Sequence record: NC_023568.1
Direction: 5' to 3' (one strand)
Length of the DNA: 64,000 nucleotides
Shown here: positions 30,469-40,582 of the stretch, piece after piece
Layout of the letters: the number at the start of each line of letters is the position of its first letter
How positions within the stretch are numbered: position 1 is the stretch's first letter
The notes under the pieces: generated by a model
Seen by the model: only the letters and a program-made list of their open reading frames with translations
Databases searched by the model: none
Told to the model about the DNA's origin: nothing
Made by a program: the position numbers and the translations under genes

Positions 30469-32484
30469 ATGACTCTTTTATCTCCGGGTGTCGAAAATAA
30501 AGAGATTAACCTTGCAAGTGCTATCGGTCGTGCGTCTACAGGGCGTGCTGCTATGGTGGGGAAATTTGAGTGGGGTCCAGCATACAGCATCACTCAAGTA
30601 ACTTCAGAGTCCGACTTGGTTACTATTTTCGGTCGTCCAAACGACTATACCGCAGCATCATTCATGACTGCGAACAACTTCTTGAAGTATGGTAACGATC
30701 TACGTCTAGTGCGTATCTGTGATGAGTCAAGTGCTCAGAACGCGACTGCATTATACAACGCTGTTGAATACACGCTAGGTGCATCAAACGGCTGTGTTGT
30801 TGGTGATGAAATCACAATTACTTACTCAGGTGTTGGTCCGCTTACTGAAAAAGGTAAAGTACTTGAAGTAGATGCGGGTAACAACAACGCAGCAACTAAG
30901 ATTTTCTTGCCTTCGGCAGAGATCGTTGCGGCTGCTAAAGCTGACGGGAACTACCCGGGCGTGGGTACAGTTACACTACAACCAACTCAAGGTGATATTG
31001 CACTTTCTGCGATTGAAATTATCGATACTGGTTCAGTATACTTCCCTAATATCGAATTGTCAACAGGCGCGTTAACAGAGATTGAAACTGAAGGCGGTGC
31101 ACTGAAATATGCTGATCTAATCGAGAAGCAAGGTTTCTCTCGTATTGCTGCACGTTATGTTGGTAGCTACGGTGACAACATTTCTGTTGAAGTGATTAAC
31201 TACGCTGACTATCAGACTGCATTTGCATTCGCGGCTGGTCATACACTAGGTGACATCGATCTACCAATCTACCCAGATGGTGGTACTCGTTCAATCAACC
31301 TAGCTAGTTACTTCACTTTCGGCCCTGCAAACAGCAACCAATACGCTGTAATTGTTCGCGTATCTGGTGAAGTTGAAGAAGCGTTCATCGTTTCTACGAA
31401 CCCAGGTGACAAAGACGTGAACGGTCAATCTATTTTCATCGACGAGTACTTTGAAAATAGCGGTTCTGCGTACATCACTGCGATAGCAGAGGGTTGGAAT
31501 ACTGGCTCAGGTGCATACAATCTTGGTGGTGGTTACGACGCTAACGCTGGCGCAGACGACTGGATGCTTGGTCTAGATATGCTATCTGACCCAGAAGTGC
31601 TTTACACAAACTTGATCATTGCGGGTAATGCTGCGGCAGAAGAGCTATCAATTGCATCGACTGTTCAGAAATACGCGATTGACTCAGTTGGTAATGTACG
31701 TCAAGACTGTGTTGTTTTCGTATCGCCACCGGGTGTTCACGTAATCAACAAACAAGCGCATGTTGCAGTAGCGAATATTCAAGGCTGGCGCACGGGTATC
31801 GACCCGACTAACGGTCAACCTGTAACTGACAATCTAAACGTAAGCACGACTTATGCAGTGGTTGACGGTAACTATAAGTATCAGTACGACAAGTACTCAG
31901 ATCGCAATCGTTGGGTTCCTCTAGCGGGTGATATTGCAGGTCTATGTGCTTACACTGACCAAGTTTCTCAACCTTGGATGTCACCAGCGGGCTTCAATCG
32001 TGGTCAAATCAAGGGCGTAAACCGTCTAGCAGTTGATCTACGTCGTGCTCACCGTGATGCGCTATATCAAATCGGTATTAACCCTGTAGTGGGCTTTGCA
32101 GGTCAAGGCTTCGTACTATACGGTGATAAGACTGCTACACAGCAAGCAAGTGCATTTGACCGCATTAACGTGCGTCGTCTGTTCAACTTGCTGAAGAAAG
32201 CGATCTCAGATGCTGCTAAGTATCGTCTATTCGAATTGAACGATGAGTTCACACGCTCAAGCTTCAAATCAGAAATCGACGCTTACTTGACTAACATTCA
32301 AGATCTAGGCGGTATTTACGATTTCCGTGTTGTATGTGATGAGACAAACAACCCAGGGTCTGTCATCGACAGAAACGAGTTTGTAGCAAGTATCTACGTG
32401 AAACCTGCTAAGTCAATCAACTACATTACGCTGAACTTCGTAGCAACGTCAACTGACGCTGACTTTGCAGAAATCATCGGCTAA
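30469..32484 (+). CDS. gp18: Tail sheath
   Basis: MTLLSPGVENKEI, GKFEWGP, WMSPAGFNRGQI, FDRINVRRLF and YVKPAKSINYITLNF. Confidence 0.98.
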   Translation: MTLLSPGVENKEINLASAIGRASTGRAAMVGKFEWGPAYSITQVTSESDLVTIFGRPNDYTAASFMTANNFLKYGNDLRLVRICDESSAQNATALYNAVEYTLGASNGCVVGDEITITYSGVGPLTEKGKVLEVDAGNNNAATKIFLPSAEIVAAAKADGNYPGVGTVTLQPTQGDIALSAIEIIDTGSVYFPNIELSTGALTEIETEGGALKYADLIEKQGFSRIAARYVGSYGDNISVEVINYADYQTAFAFAAGHTLGDIDLPIYPDGGTRSINLASYFTFGPANSNQYAVIVRVSGEVEEAFIVSTNPGDKDVNGQSIFIDEYFENSGSAYITAIAEGWNTGSGAYNLGGGYDANAGADDWMLGLDMLSDPEVLYTNLIIAGNAAAEELSIASTVQKYAIDSVGNVRQDCVVFVSPPGVHVINKQAHVAVANIQGWRTGIDPTNGQPVTDNLNVSTTYAVVDGNYKYQYDKYSDRNRWVPLAGDIAGLCAYTDQVSQPWMSPAGFNRGQIKGVNRLAVDLRRAHRDALYQIGINPVVGFAGQGFVLYGDKTATQQASAFDRINVRRLFNLLKKAISDAAKYRLFELNDEFTRSSFKSEIDAYLTNIQDLGGIYDFRVVCDETNNPGSVIDRNEFVASIYVKPAKSINYITLNFVATSTDADFAEIIG

Positions 32485-32494
32485 GAGCAATCAC

Positions 32495-32520
32495 GAGGGG
32501 CTTTTTAGCCCCTCTAAATA
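32495..32520 (+). terminator. Hairpin after gp18 overlapping late box TCTAAATA
   Basis: GAGGGGCT-TTTT-AGCCCCTC, with TCTAAATA at 32513-32520. Confidence 0.6.
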
Positions 32521-32535
32521 ATAAGGTAAGAGAAA

Positions 32536-33036
32536 ATGGCACTTAATGTAGACAACATTAAAAGAGCTTTCAGTAACGGTGATTTCGCTCGTCCAAACTT
32601 GTTCGAAGTTGAGATTCCGTATCTGGGACAAAATTTTAAATTCCAATGTCGAGCTTCTTCTATGCCACCGGGCAGCGTTGAAAAGCTTGAGGTCTCATAT
32701 CAGAACCGTAAATACAACATCGCAGGTGATCGTACTTTCGATGATTGGAACGTTACGGTTTACAATGATGAGAATCACGACATTCGTAAAGCTATCTTGG
32801 CATGGCAAGCTCGTGCAGTAGGCTTAGGTAAAGACATTTCAGGTGAGACGCCAGATCAGTACAAGCGTACTGGTACAATCACGCAATTAGACCGTAATGG
32901 CGACCCGACTACTTCAGCAACTGTATTCGGTATCTTCCCAACAATGGTCGGTGAAGTTGCGCTTGATTGGGACTCAAACAACGAAATCGAAACGTTTGAA
33001 GTAACATTCAGCCTAGACTACTTCACAATGGACTAA
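32536..33036 (+). CDS. gp19: Tail tube
   Basis: GDFARPNLFEVEI, AGDRTFDDWNVTVYND and EVALDWDSNNEIETFEVTF. Confidence 0.98.
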   Translation: MALNVDNIKRAFSNGDFARPNLFEVEIPYLGQNFKFQCRASSMPPGSVEKLEVSYQNRKYNIAGDRTFDDWNVTVYNDENHDIRKAILAWQARAVGLGKDISGETPDQYKRTGTITQLDRNGDPTTSATVFGIFPTMVGEVALDWDSNNEIETFEVTFSLDYFTMD

Positions 33037-33042
33037 AGACTA

Positions 33043-33062
33043 GGGGCTTAATTGCCCCTTTA
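33043..33062 (+). terminator. Terminator after gp19
   Basis: GGGGC-TTAATT-GCCCC-TTT. Confidence 0.7.
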
Positions 33063-33075
33063 TTGAGGTAAAAAT

Positions 33076-34626
33076 ATGTTAGAGTTTATGAAATTCTGGG
33101 CGAAAGAAGAAGAACAGGAAATACAACAAATCGATAAAAACCCTGTTCGTTCGTTTTCTGCGCCAGATAACGTAGATGGTGCTAAAGAGATTCATACTAA
33201 CTTATTAGCACCTCAAATGGGAACTAACTTTATCCCGACTGACGGTCAATCTGCTCAAGGGACAGTACCCGTAAAAGAGTTGATAAAGGGATATCGAGCA
33301 CTAGCAGAATATCACGAAGTCGATGATGCTATTCAAGAAATCGTCGATGAAGCTATCGTTTATGAAAACGATAAAGAAGTTGTGTGGTTGAACTTAGACA
33401 ACACTGACTTCTCAGAAAATATCAAGACTAAAATTAACGAAGAATTTGATCGAGTGGTTGGCTTACTACAGATGCGTAAGCACGGCTACAAGTGGTTTCG
33501 AAAATGGTACGTTGATTCTCGAATCTACTTTCACAAAATTCTAGACAAAGAAGATAATATCATTGAGTTGCGCCCGCTAGACCCGACAAAAATGGAACTA
33601 GTTCGCGAAATTCAAAAAGAGACTATTGATGGTGTTGAAGTTGTAAAGGGCACGCTTGAGTATTACGTTTACAAGCAATCTGATTACAAAATGCCGTCAT
33701 GGATGAGTGGTTCTTCTCGCTCACAATCATCATTCAGAATTCCGAAAGATGCTATCGTATTTGCTCACAGCGGGTTAATGAAGGGATGTGCTGACGAGCC
33801 GTATATTATCGGCTACTTAGATCGCGCAATTAAACCTGCGAACCAGTTGAAGATGCTAGAAGACGCATTGGTAATATACCGTCTAGCACGTGCACCTGAA
33901 CGTCGAGTGTTTTATGTTGACGTAGGTAACTTGCCAACTCAGAAAGCACAGCAATACGTAAACGGCATCATGCAAAACGTTAAAAACCGCATTGTGTATG
34001 ATACATCAACAGGTAAAGTCAAGAATACGACTAACGCAATGTCAATGCTTGAAGATTACTATCTTCCTCGCCGAGAAGGTTCGAAGGGTACAGAAGTAAG
34101 CACACTACCTGGCGGTCAGTCACTTGGTGACATCGAAGACGTTCTGTACTTCAATCGTAAGTTGTACAAAGCGATGCGTATTCCTACATCACGCGCAGCG
34201 ACAGAAGATCAAAATGGTGGTATCAACTTCGGTCAAGGCACTGAAATTTCGCGTGATGAGCTGAAATTCACGAAATTCGTTAAGCGTTTGCAGACGAAAT
34301 TCGAAACTGTAATCACTGACCCGTTAAAACATCAGTTGATTGTAAATAACATCATAACAGAAGAAGAGTGGGATGCAAACCACGAAAAACTGTATGTTGT
34401 TTTCAACCAAGACTCGTATTTTGAAGAAGCTAAGGAATTAGAGATTCTAAATAGTCGTATGAACGCAATGCGCGACGTGCAAGAGTACGCGGGCAAATAT
34501 TACAGTCATAAATACATTCAGAAGAACATTTTACGTTTGTCTGACGATCAAATCACTGCTATGCAGAGTGAAATTGACGAAGAAGAGACAAACCCAAGGT
34601 TCCAACAAGACGATCACGGATTTTAA
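33076..34626 (+). CDS. gp20: Portal vertex
   Basis: WYVDSRIYF, YLDRAIKPANQLKMLEDALVIYRLARAPERRVFYVDVGNLP and EDYYLPRREG. Confidence 0.98.
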   Translation: MLEFMKFWAKEEEQEIQQIDKNPVRSFSAPDNVDGAKEIHTNLLAPQMGTNFIPTDGQSAQGTVPVKELIKGYRALAEYHEVDDAIQEIVDEAIVYENDKEVVWLNLDNTDFSENIKTKINEEFDRVVGLLQMRKHGYKWFRKWYVDSRIYFHKILDKEDNIIELRPLDPTKMELVREIQKETIDGVEVVKGTLEYYVYKQSDYKMPSWMSGSSRSQSSFRIPKDAIVFAHSGLMKGCADEPYIIGYLDRAIKPANQLKMLEDALVIYRLARAPERRVFYVDVGNLPTQKAQQYVNGIMQNVKNRIVYDTSTGKVKNTTNAMSMLEDYYLPRREGSKGTEVSTLPGGQSLGDIEDVLYFNRKLYKAMRIPTSRAATEDQNGGINFGQGTEISRDELKFTKFVKRLQTKFETVITDPLKHQLIVNNIITEEEWDANHEKLYVVFNQDSYFEEAKELEILNSRMNAMRDVQEYAGKYYSHKYIQKNILRLSDDQITAMQSEIDEEETNPRFQQDDHGF

Positions 34627-34639
34627 GAGGTAGCACATA

Positions 34640-34807
34640 ATGAGCTTAGAAACAATGGTAGCAGCGGCACGAGACGGTAAATTGGCAGATTTTGAATCTC
34701 AATTTCGCCAAGAAATCGGTCAGCGTGTAGCGGCGCGTATTGACGACATGAAGCAAGAACTTGGTCGTTCAATTACAGTAGACGGTGAAATCAATCAGGA
34801 GGACTAA
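34640..34807 (+). CDS. gp67: Prohead core protein gp67 (55 aa)
   Basis: Hand translation MSLETMVAAARDGKLADFESQFRQEIGQRVAARIDDMKQELGRSITVDGEINQED; below the track cutoff; position between gp20 and gp68. Confidence 0.85.
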   Translation: MSLETMVAAARDGKLADFESQFRQEIGQRVAARIDDMKQELGRSITVDGEINQED

Positions 34808-35299
34808 ATGAAGTTCATTTCCGAAGCCGTTCAAGAGAAAATCGTCGAAGATTTGGTAGAAGCAGTTCTTGGTGGTCAGTTAGATCGCCAAGATATCAGC
34901 GACACTATCAAAGCGTTTGCTGAAGCTGAAGATATCGGCGTTCACAGCAATAAAGACATCACGAACGAAGTTGAAGTTGTACTTGACGTGCTAAGTTCTC
35001 TTGAAGACGGGTTATCAATCGATGAAGCGTGTGAAAAATTCGAACTTTCCGAAAAGCTAGTTAAGCAAGTTTCTATTGCTAACAAAAAAGCTGGCGGTAG
35101 TTTAATTACGAAGCGCAAAGACCGAAAAACCAGAGCGCGAAAAGCGACTCAAACAACTGGTCTAAGTAAATCGAAGAGACAAAAAACAGCGCGAAAAGCG
35201 GCTAAAACACGCAAGCGTATGAAAGGCACTAGTGCAGATCGTAAAGCAAAAAAATTGCGTAAGAAGTCGATGAAGAAGCGTCAACAAATGGGGCTTTAA
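34808..35299 (+). CDS. gp68: Prohead core protein gp68
   Basis: Acidic N-terminal half and highly basic C-terminus (RARKATQTTGLSKSKRQKTARKAAKTRK). Confidence 0.9.
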   Translation: MKFISEAVQEKIVEDLVEAVLGGQLDRQDISDTIKAFAEAEDIGVHSNKDITNEVEVVLDVLSSLEDGLSIDEACEKFELSEKLVKQVSIANKKAGGSLITKRKDRKTRARKATQTTGLSKSKRQKTARKAAKTRKRMKGTSADRKAKKLRKKSMKKRQQMGL

Positions 35300-35301
35300 T
35301 T

Positions 35302-35943
35302 ATGGAATTACAACTCTTAATTGAAGACTGGGGTTTATCTAGCGGTTGCGCTGATAGCTTCGGTGAAAAGCCTCTTGTTGAAGCGAAAATGCCCACGGAA
35401 AAGGGCGGTGACTTGTACATCGAAGGTATTTTCATGCAATCGAATGTCGTAAACCGTAATGGTCGTCGATACCCGAAAAAAGTCATGGAAAATGCTGTAT
35501 CTAAATACATGAAAGAACAAGTCAACACGAATCAAGCGTTGGGCGAGCTTAATCACCCAAGTCGTTCAAACGTTGACCCCGCTGAAGCTGCGATTCGAAT
35601 TACTGAGTTGTGGTGGGACGGCGATAACGTAATGGGTAAAGCTATCGTACTAAATACACCGAAGGGACAAATAGTTCGAGGTCTGATCGAAGGTGGTTGG
35701 GTACCGGGCGTGAGTTCAAGAGGTCTTGGTTCAGTTAAGCAAGTTGACGGCATCAACGAAGTGCAAGATTTCCGTCTTACAGTAGGCGTTGATGTAGTGT
35801 GGGGTCCTAGTGCACCTGCTGCTTACGTTAAACCAGTAACTGAGTCAAATGAAGCTGCTAAGTCAGTAAAAACAGAAGAAATTACAGAAAGTAATGACGC
35901 TGAATTTGCGAAACTAGCGGAAACGTTAAAAACTCTCTTATAA
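35302..35943 (+). CDS. gp21: Prohead protease
   Basis: LYIEGIFMQSNVVNRNGRRYP, GELNHP, GVSSRGLGS and DVVWGPSAP. Confidence 0.97.
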   Translation: MELQLLIEDWGLSSGCADSFGEKPLVEAKMPTEKGGDLYIEGIFMQSNVVNRNGRRYPKKVMENAVSKYMKEQVNTNQALGELNHPSRSNVDPAEAAIRITELWWDGDNVMGKAIVLNTPKGQIVRGLIEGGWVPGVSSRGLGSVKQVDGINEVQDFRLTVGVDVVWGPSAPAAYVKPVTESNEAAKSVKTEEITESNDAEFAKLAETLKTLL

Positions 35944-35946
35944 ATA
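35939..35946 (+). promoter_or_regulatory. Late promoter for gp22
   Basis: Exact TATAAATA. Confidence 0.8.
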
Positions 35947-35975
35947 TATAAAACATATTTAAGGAATTGAAGAAG

Positions 35976-36824
35976 ATGCAAATCAAAGAGCAACTACTTG
36001 AAGCTGTATCGCAAGACGATGCAAAAATCACTACTGCTTTGGATGGCATTTTTGAATCAGTTGAACTTTCCGAAGATGTTCGTAATAAGTTCAGCACTGT
36101 TTTCGAAAGTGTAATCAAAACTAAAGCCGTTGAGCTTGCTGAAGCACATATCGCTGAAGCTGCTGAAAAGGCAGAAGCAGTAATCAACGAACACAAAGCA
36201 GAGCTTGATGAAGCCGCTGAAAAATACGGTGAACATCTAGCAGAGCAAATGTCGAATAAACTAGATTCATATCTAGACCACGTTGTTGAAACATGGATGA
36301 CTGAAAACAAACTAGCTGTTGAAAACGGTCTAAAAGTTTCAATGTTCGACGGGTTGATGGAAGGCATGAAGAATGTATTCATTGAGAACAACGTTCACTG
36401 CCCAGACGAGAAGATCGATATGATCGAAGCTCTTGAAGAAAACATTCAAGATCTTGAAGGTCGTCTAGATACAGTTGTTATCGAGAACCGTCAACACAAA
36501 GAATACGCTAACTACGTAGAAAAAAATATCATCATCGAGCGCGTGACTGCTGGTATGGCTGACTCTCAAAAAGAGAAAGTTTCTGACCTAGCTGAATCAA
36601 TTCGCTTCGACGAGAACTTTGAAGACAATCTAAATAGTGTTATCAAGTTCGCATCAGGCATCAAACTTGCTGAAAAAGAAGATATGCCAAGTGATGACGA
36701 CAAAAAACCGGCTGATAAAAAAGACGGTGAAGACGACGCTGACAAGAAAGACGACAAAGATATGAAAGAATCCGCAGTACCATCTATGGCTGCATACTTG
36801 AAAGCTGCTCGTACTAATCGATAA
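35976..36824 (+). CDS. gp22: Prohead scaffold
   Basis: FESVELSEDVRNKFSTVFES, YLDHVVETWMTENKLAVENG and MAAYLKAA. Start at ATG 35976. Confidence 0.95.
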   Translation: MQIKEQLLEAVSQDDAKITTALDGIFESVELSEDVRNKFSTVFESVIKTKAVELAEAHIAEAAEKAEAVINEHKAELDEAAEKYGEHLAEQMSNKLDSYLDHVVETWMTENKLAVENGLKVSMFDGLMEGMKNVFIENNVHCPDEKIDMIEALEENIQDLEGRLDTVVIENRQHKEYANYVEKNIIIERVTAGMADSQKEKVSDLAESIRFDENFEDNLNSVIKFASGIKLAEKEDMPSDDDKKPADKKDGEDDADKKDDKDMKESAVPSMAAYLKAARTNR

Positions 36825-36848
36825 GCAATAAAACGTCAAAAAGCGTTA

Positions 36849-36856
36849 TATAAATA
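36849..36856 (+). promoter_or_regulatory. Late promoter for gp23
   Basis: Exact TATAAATA. Confidence 0.88.
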
Positions 36857-36894
36857 CATCTATAAATTTTAGAACAAATTAAGGAATCATTCAA

Positions 36895-38439
36895 ATGAAC
36901 CTAACTGAAAAATGGAAAGAATTGCTTGAAGCAGACGGTGCGGAAATGCCAGAGATTGCGACTGCAACTAAGCAAAAAATCATGTCGAAAATCTTTGAAA
37001 ACCAAGATCGCGACATCAACAACGATCCAATGTACCGTGACCCACAGTTAATCGAAGCATTCAATGCTGGTCTAAACGAAGCTGTAGTTAACGGTGACCA
37101 TGGTTACGATCCGTCTAACATCGCTCAAGGTGTTACTACTGGTGCAGTAACAAACATCGGTCCAACTGTAATGGGTATGGTTCGTCGTGCTATTCCTCAG
37201 CTTATCGCATTCGATATCGCTGGTGTTCAGCCAATGACTGGCCCAACTAGCCAAGTATTCACACTTCGCTCAGTATACGGTAAAGACCCGCTAACTGGTA
37301 AAGAAGCTTTCCACCCGACTCGTCAAGCTGACGCTTCGTTCTCTGGTCAAGCTGCTGCATCAACAATTGCAGATTTCCCAACTACTGGTGCTGCAACTGA
37401 CGGTACTCCGTACAAAGCTGAAGTAACTACTTCTGGTGGCGACGTTGACACTCGTTACTTCCTAGCACTTGGCGCTGTTACTCTAGCAGTTGCAGGTGAA
37501 ATGACTGCTACAGAATACACTGACGCAGTTGCAGGTGGTCTTCTAGTTGAGATCGACGCTGGTATGGCGACATCTCAGGCTGAACTACAAGAGAACTTCA
37601 ACGGTTCAAGCAACAACGAGTGGAACGAGATGTCATTCCGCATCGACAAACAAGTTGTTGAAGCGAAATCACGTCAATTGAAAGCTCAATACTCAATCGA
37701 GCTTGCACAAGATCTACGTGCTGTACACGGTCTAGACGCTGACGCTGAACTTAGCGGTATTCTTGCTAACGAAGTTATGGTTGAGCTTAACCGCGAAATC
37801 GTTAACCTAGTTAACTCTCAAGCGCAAATCGGTAAGTCTGGTTGGACTCAAGGTCAAGGCGCAGCGGGTGTATTCGACTTCGCAGACGCTGTAGACGTTA
37901 AAGGTGCTCGTTGGGCTGGTGAAGCTTACAAAGCTCTACTAATTCAAATTGAGAAAGAAGCGAACGAAATCGGTCGTCAAACTGGTCGTGGTAACGGTAA
38001 CTTCATCATTGCATCACGCAACGTAGTTTCTGCACTATCAATGACTGATACTCTTGTTGGCCCTGCTGCACAAGGTATGCAAGACGGTTCAATGAACACT
38101 GACACAAACCAAACTGTGTTCGCGGGTGTTCTAGGTGGTCGCTTCAAAGTGTTCATCGACCAATACGCAGTGAACGATTACTTCACAGTTGGTTTCAAAG
38201 GTTCTACTGAAATGGACGCAGGTGTGTTCTACTCACCATACGTACCGCTGACTCCACTACGTGGTTCAGACAGCAAGAACTTCCAACCTGTAATTGGTTT
38301 CAAAACTCGTTACGGTATTCAAGTTAACCCATTCGCAGATCCTACTAAGTCTGCTGAAAAAGTTGGTAACGGCGCGCCTGTTGCTGCTTCAATGGGTAAG
38401 AACGCGTACTTCCGCAGAGTATTTGTCCGTGGCCTTTAA
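36895..38439 (+). CDS. gp23: Major capsid protein
   Basis: GMVRRAIPQLIAFDIAGVQPMTGPT, EAKSRQLKAQYSIELAQDLRAVHGLDA and FQPVIGFKTRYG. Confidence 0.99.
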   Translation: MNLTEKWKELLEADGAEMPEIATATKQKIMSKIFENQDRDINNDPMYRDPQLIEAFNAGLNEAVVNGDHGYDPSNIAQGVTTGAVTNIGPTVMGMVRRAIPQLIAFDIAGVQPMTGPTSQVFTLRSVYGKDPLTGKEAFHPTRQADASFSGQAAASTIADFPTTGAATDGTPYKAEVTTSGGDVDTRYFLALGAVTLAVAGEMTATEYTDAVAGGLLVEIDAGMATSQAELQENFNGSSNNEWNEMSFRIDKQVVEAKSRQLKAQYSIELAQDLRAVHGLDADAELSGILANEVMVELNREIVNLVNSQAQIGKSGWTQGQGAAGVFDFADAVDVKGARWAGEAYKALLIQIEKEANEIGRQTGRGNGNFIIASRNVVSALSMTDTLVGPAAQGMQDGSMNTDTNQTVFAGVLGGRFKVFIDQYAVNDYFTVGFKGSTEMDAGVFYSPYVPLTPLRGSDSKNFQPVIGFKTRYGIQVNPFADPTKSAEKVGNGAPVAASMGKNAYFRRVFVRGL

Positions 38440-38455
38440 GCTATAGGTAAATCTC

Positions 38456-38482
38456 AAAAAAAGCTCCTACGGGAGCTTTTTT
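38456..38482. terminator. Bidirectional terminator between gp23 and cca
   Basis: A7-GCTCC-TACG-GGAGC-T6. Confidence 0.9.
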
Positions 38483-38486
38483 GCGT

Positions 38487-39584
38487 TTATAGACTATGCA
38501 AATATTTGTAGGCTATATTAACACGTTCATCTGTTAGAGCTTCGCCGTATGCAGGACCTGGTTCAACGTCAACTTTGACATTTCGAGTCAAGTCGATTAT
38601 TTCAGTGATTACAATTCGTTTAACTTCATCAGTAATCTGGGAAAGTGCAACTTGGAATGGTAGATGCCCTTTGTATGCGCCTATTTTCTCAAGAATTAAA
38701 ATGATTGTTTCATCAAAAACACTTGCATATTCCATCTGCATTAGCATCTGAGATGCCTTTCTGAATTGCTTAGTTTCACCGAAGTATGAACCGAAACGTT
38801 GGCGACGGTTTAACGCAGCCCATTTTGCCATCAACTGAACATCTTCACAGTGAAACGGCATTCGTCTGAAGTGTCGAAGAGATTGAAGCTCATGTACGGT
38901 TGGTCTCGGTGAGAACCCAACCTGACTTAGAAACACAAAGTACATGTGCGCGTCTTTCTCTGATAGTGCTTTTTGAGTCTCTAACCAAACACGTTCTTTC
39001 GGTAGATTGTCAAGCATACCGTTATTGATCATTTTCTTGCATAGCTCAATCGTTTCTTCTGCGACTGCAAATCCCATGCTGTAGTATCGAGCATAGAAAC
39101 GAGCGACGCGCAGAACACGTAACGGGTCTTCGGCAAACGCTTCAGTTGTATGACGAAGAATCTTGTTCTTCAAGTCATCTAGACCGCCGTACGGGTCAAT
39201 GACATCATCAGTCGAACCAAACATAAACAGACTATTTGGCGTCATGTCAGGTATAGCCATTGAGTTGATAGTCAGATCTCGTCGTGATAAGTCATCTTCT
39301 AACGTGACACCTTCAGTTGTGAAAGTGAAGTCAGTGGTTTTACCGCCAGTGCTACGCTCTACACGAGCAAGCGCGACTTCATTGTTGTCTTTATCGAGCC
39401 AAACAGGGAAATCAACGCCGATTGGTTCACCGTACATAGACATCATTTGTTCGTGTGTACAACCAGTGACGACGTAATCAATATCTTTCGGGAAGCTAGA
39501 CCAACCATCTACGTGCTTCAGTATGGAGTCGCGTACTGCACCCCCGACAATGTATTTTTGCATCAAGTTCATTTTCGCTTTCAT
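38487..39584 (-). CDS. cca: tRNA nucleotidyltransferase (class II CCA-adding enzyme, no HD domain)
   Basis: YIVGGAVRD, KDIDYVV, LSRRDLTINSMA, DPYGGLDDL and EDPLRVLRVARF. Start at ATG 39584 after GGAGA. Confidence 0.93.
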   Translation of the reverse strand: MKAKMNLMQKYIVGGAVRDSILKHVDGWSSFPKDIDYVVTGCTHEQMMSMYGEPIGVDFPVWLDKDNNEVALARVERSTGGKTTDFTFTTEGVTLEDDLSRRDLTINSMAIPDMTPNSLFMFGSTDDVIDPYGGLDDLKNKILRHTTEAFAEDPLRVLRVARFYARYYSMGFAVAEETIELCKKMINNGMLDNLPKERVWLETQKALSEKDAHMYFVFLSQVGFSPRPTVHELQSLRHFRRMPFHCEDVQLMAKWAALNRRQRFGSYFGETKQFRKASQMLMQMEYASVFDETIILILEKIGAYKGHLPFQVALSQITDEVKRIVITEIIDLTRNVKVDVEPGPAYGEALTDERVNIAYKYLHSL

Positions 39585-39608
39585 TTTTATTCTCCAATGT
39601 GAACCTAT

Positions 39609-39637
39609 ACTGTACAAGACTAAATAATATAAGTCAA
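39609..39637 (-). promoter_or_regulatory. Early sigma70-type promoter for cca
   Basis: TTGACT-17 bp-TACAGT on -. Confidence 0.6.
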
Positions 39638-39641
39638 CCTG

Positions 39642-39649
39642 TCTAAATA
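39642..39649 (+). promoter_or_regulatory. Late promoter variant TCTAAATA
   Basis: Upstream of the 39680 ORF, back-to-back with the cca promoter. Confidence 0.65.
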
Positions 39650-39679
39650 TAAACGAATGATTAAATTTGGAGATTCACA

Positions 39680-40177
39680 ATGAGTCAATTGAAAAAACAC
39701 GCAGAGTCGTTAACTAAAGAAAAACTAGACGAGTTTGCAAAAGAATATTACGGCATCGAACTTGACCGTCGTAAATCAAAAGGCGCAATGGCTAAGAAGC
39801 TTGTAGAAGAAGCTGAAGGTAAAACGCCATTGAAACAACTACCATGGGAAGAACTTCTTGTAGAGACGAAAGATGAAACCAAAGAAATTAAAGAAATTTC
39901 TGAAGTGAAAACTGAAGTCGTTGATAAAGTAGAACTACCAATCGATGAATCATTTGAACCAATGCCATTGCCATTCCGTCGTGGTCGTGAATTTTTCATG
40001 ACTGCTTCTGATAGCGCGGTTACATCTGCGGAAGCTATTATCGCAGGGGATGGTTCGCTTGATGATGTACTTGCATCAGATCTTCGCGTAGTTAAATCAA
40101 TCTTGCATTATGTCGATAAAGACGGCAAGGTGCTAGTGCGTGAAACTCGCAATAGTCAATTCATCACAATTAAATAG
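39680..40177 (+). CDS. inh: Inh-like protein (prohead protease inhibitor family)
   Basis: DEFAKEYYGIELDRRKS N-terminus and HYVDKDGKVLVRETRNSQFITIK C-terminus, close to T4 Inh. Confidence 0.85.
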   Translation: MSQLKKHAESLTKEKLDEFAKEYYGIELDRRKSKGAMAKKLVEEAEGKTPLKQLPWEELLVETKDETKEIKEISEVKTEVVDKVELPIDESFEPMPLPFRRGREFFMTASDSAVTSAEAIIAGDGSLDDVLASDLRVVKSILHYVDKDGKVLVRETRNSQFITIK

Positions 40178-40185
40178 GAACTGAA

Positions 40186-40524
40186 ATGACAACACCAATC
40201 TATACTGATATGAACCTTGCAGTCGAACTTGATGATGCGACTGTAGCAGCGGCAGACGCTGCGAAAAGTGGGTATGATGATGTAACAACGTCTGTGCTTA
40301 ATCACTCAGGCGAATCTTACATTATCGTAGACAAGCAAACTTATGAAGAGCTTAAAGCTGCGATTGAAACTGCTAGTCCGTTGAGTTCAATTACTGGTCT
40401 TTCTCAAGAATGCGTTGACATTCTTGCAGGCGCGGTTGATTCAACAACTACACTTTGCAGAGAACATACCAATAGCCGATTCTTCCGAATCGCGTGGACT
40501 GTTACTACACCTGCTCCCGAATAA
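40186..40524 (+). CDS. Hypothetical late protein; possible Inh/Hoc C-terminal-domain relative
   Basis: RBS AGGA; LNHSGESYIIV and VDSTTTLCREHTNSRFFRI. Confidence 0.75.
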   Translation: MTTPIYTDMNLAVELDDATVAAADAAKSGYDDVTTSVLNHSGESYIIVDKQTYEELKAAIETASPLSSITGLSQECVDILAGAVDSTTTLCREHTNSRFFRIAWTVTTPAPE

Positions 40525-40554
40525 AAAAAAAGCCCGCACTTAGCGGGCTTTTTT
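40523..40554. terminator. Bidirectional terminator
   Basis: A9-GCCCGC-ACTTA-GCGGGC-T6 between convergent genes. Confidence 0.9.
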
Positions 40555-40582
40555 GTGTCTCTAAATCGAGCTGTATGCGTTT

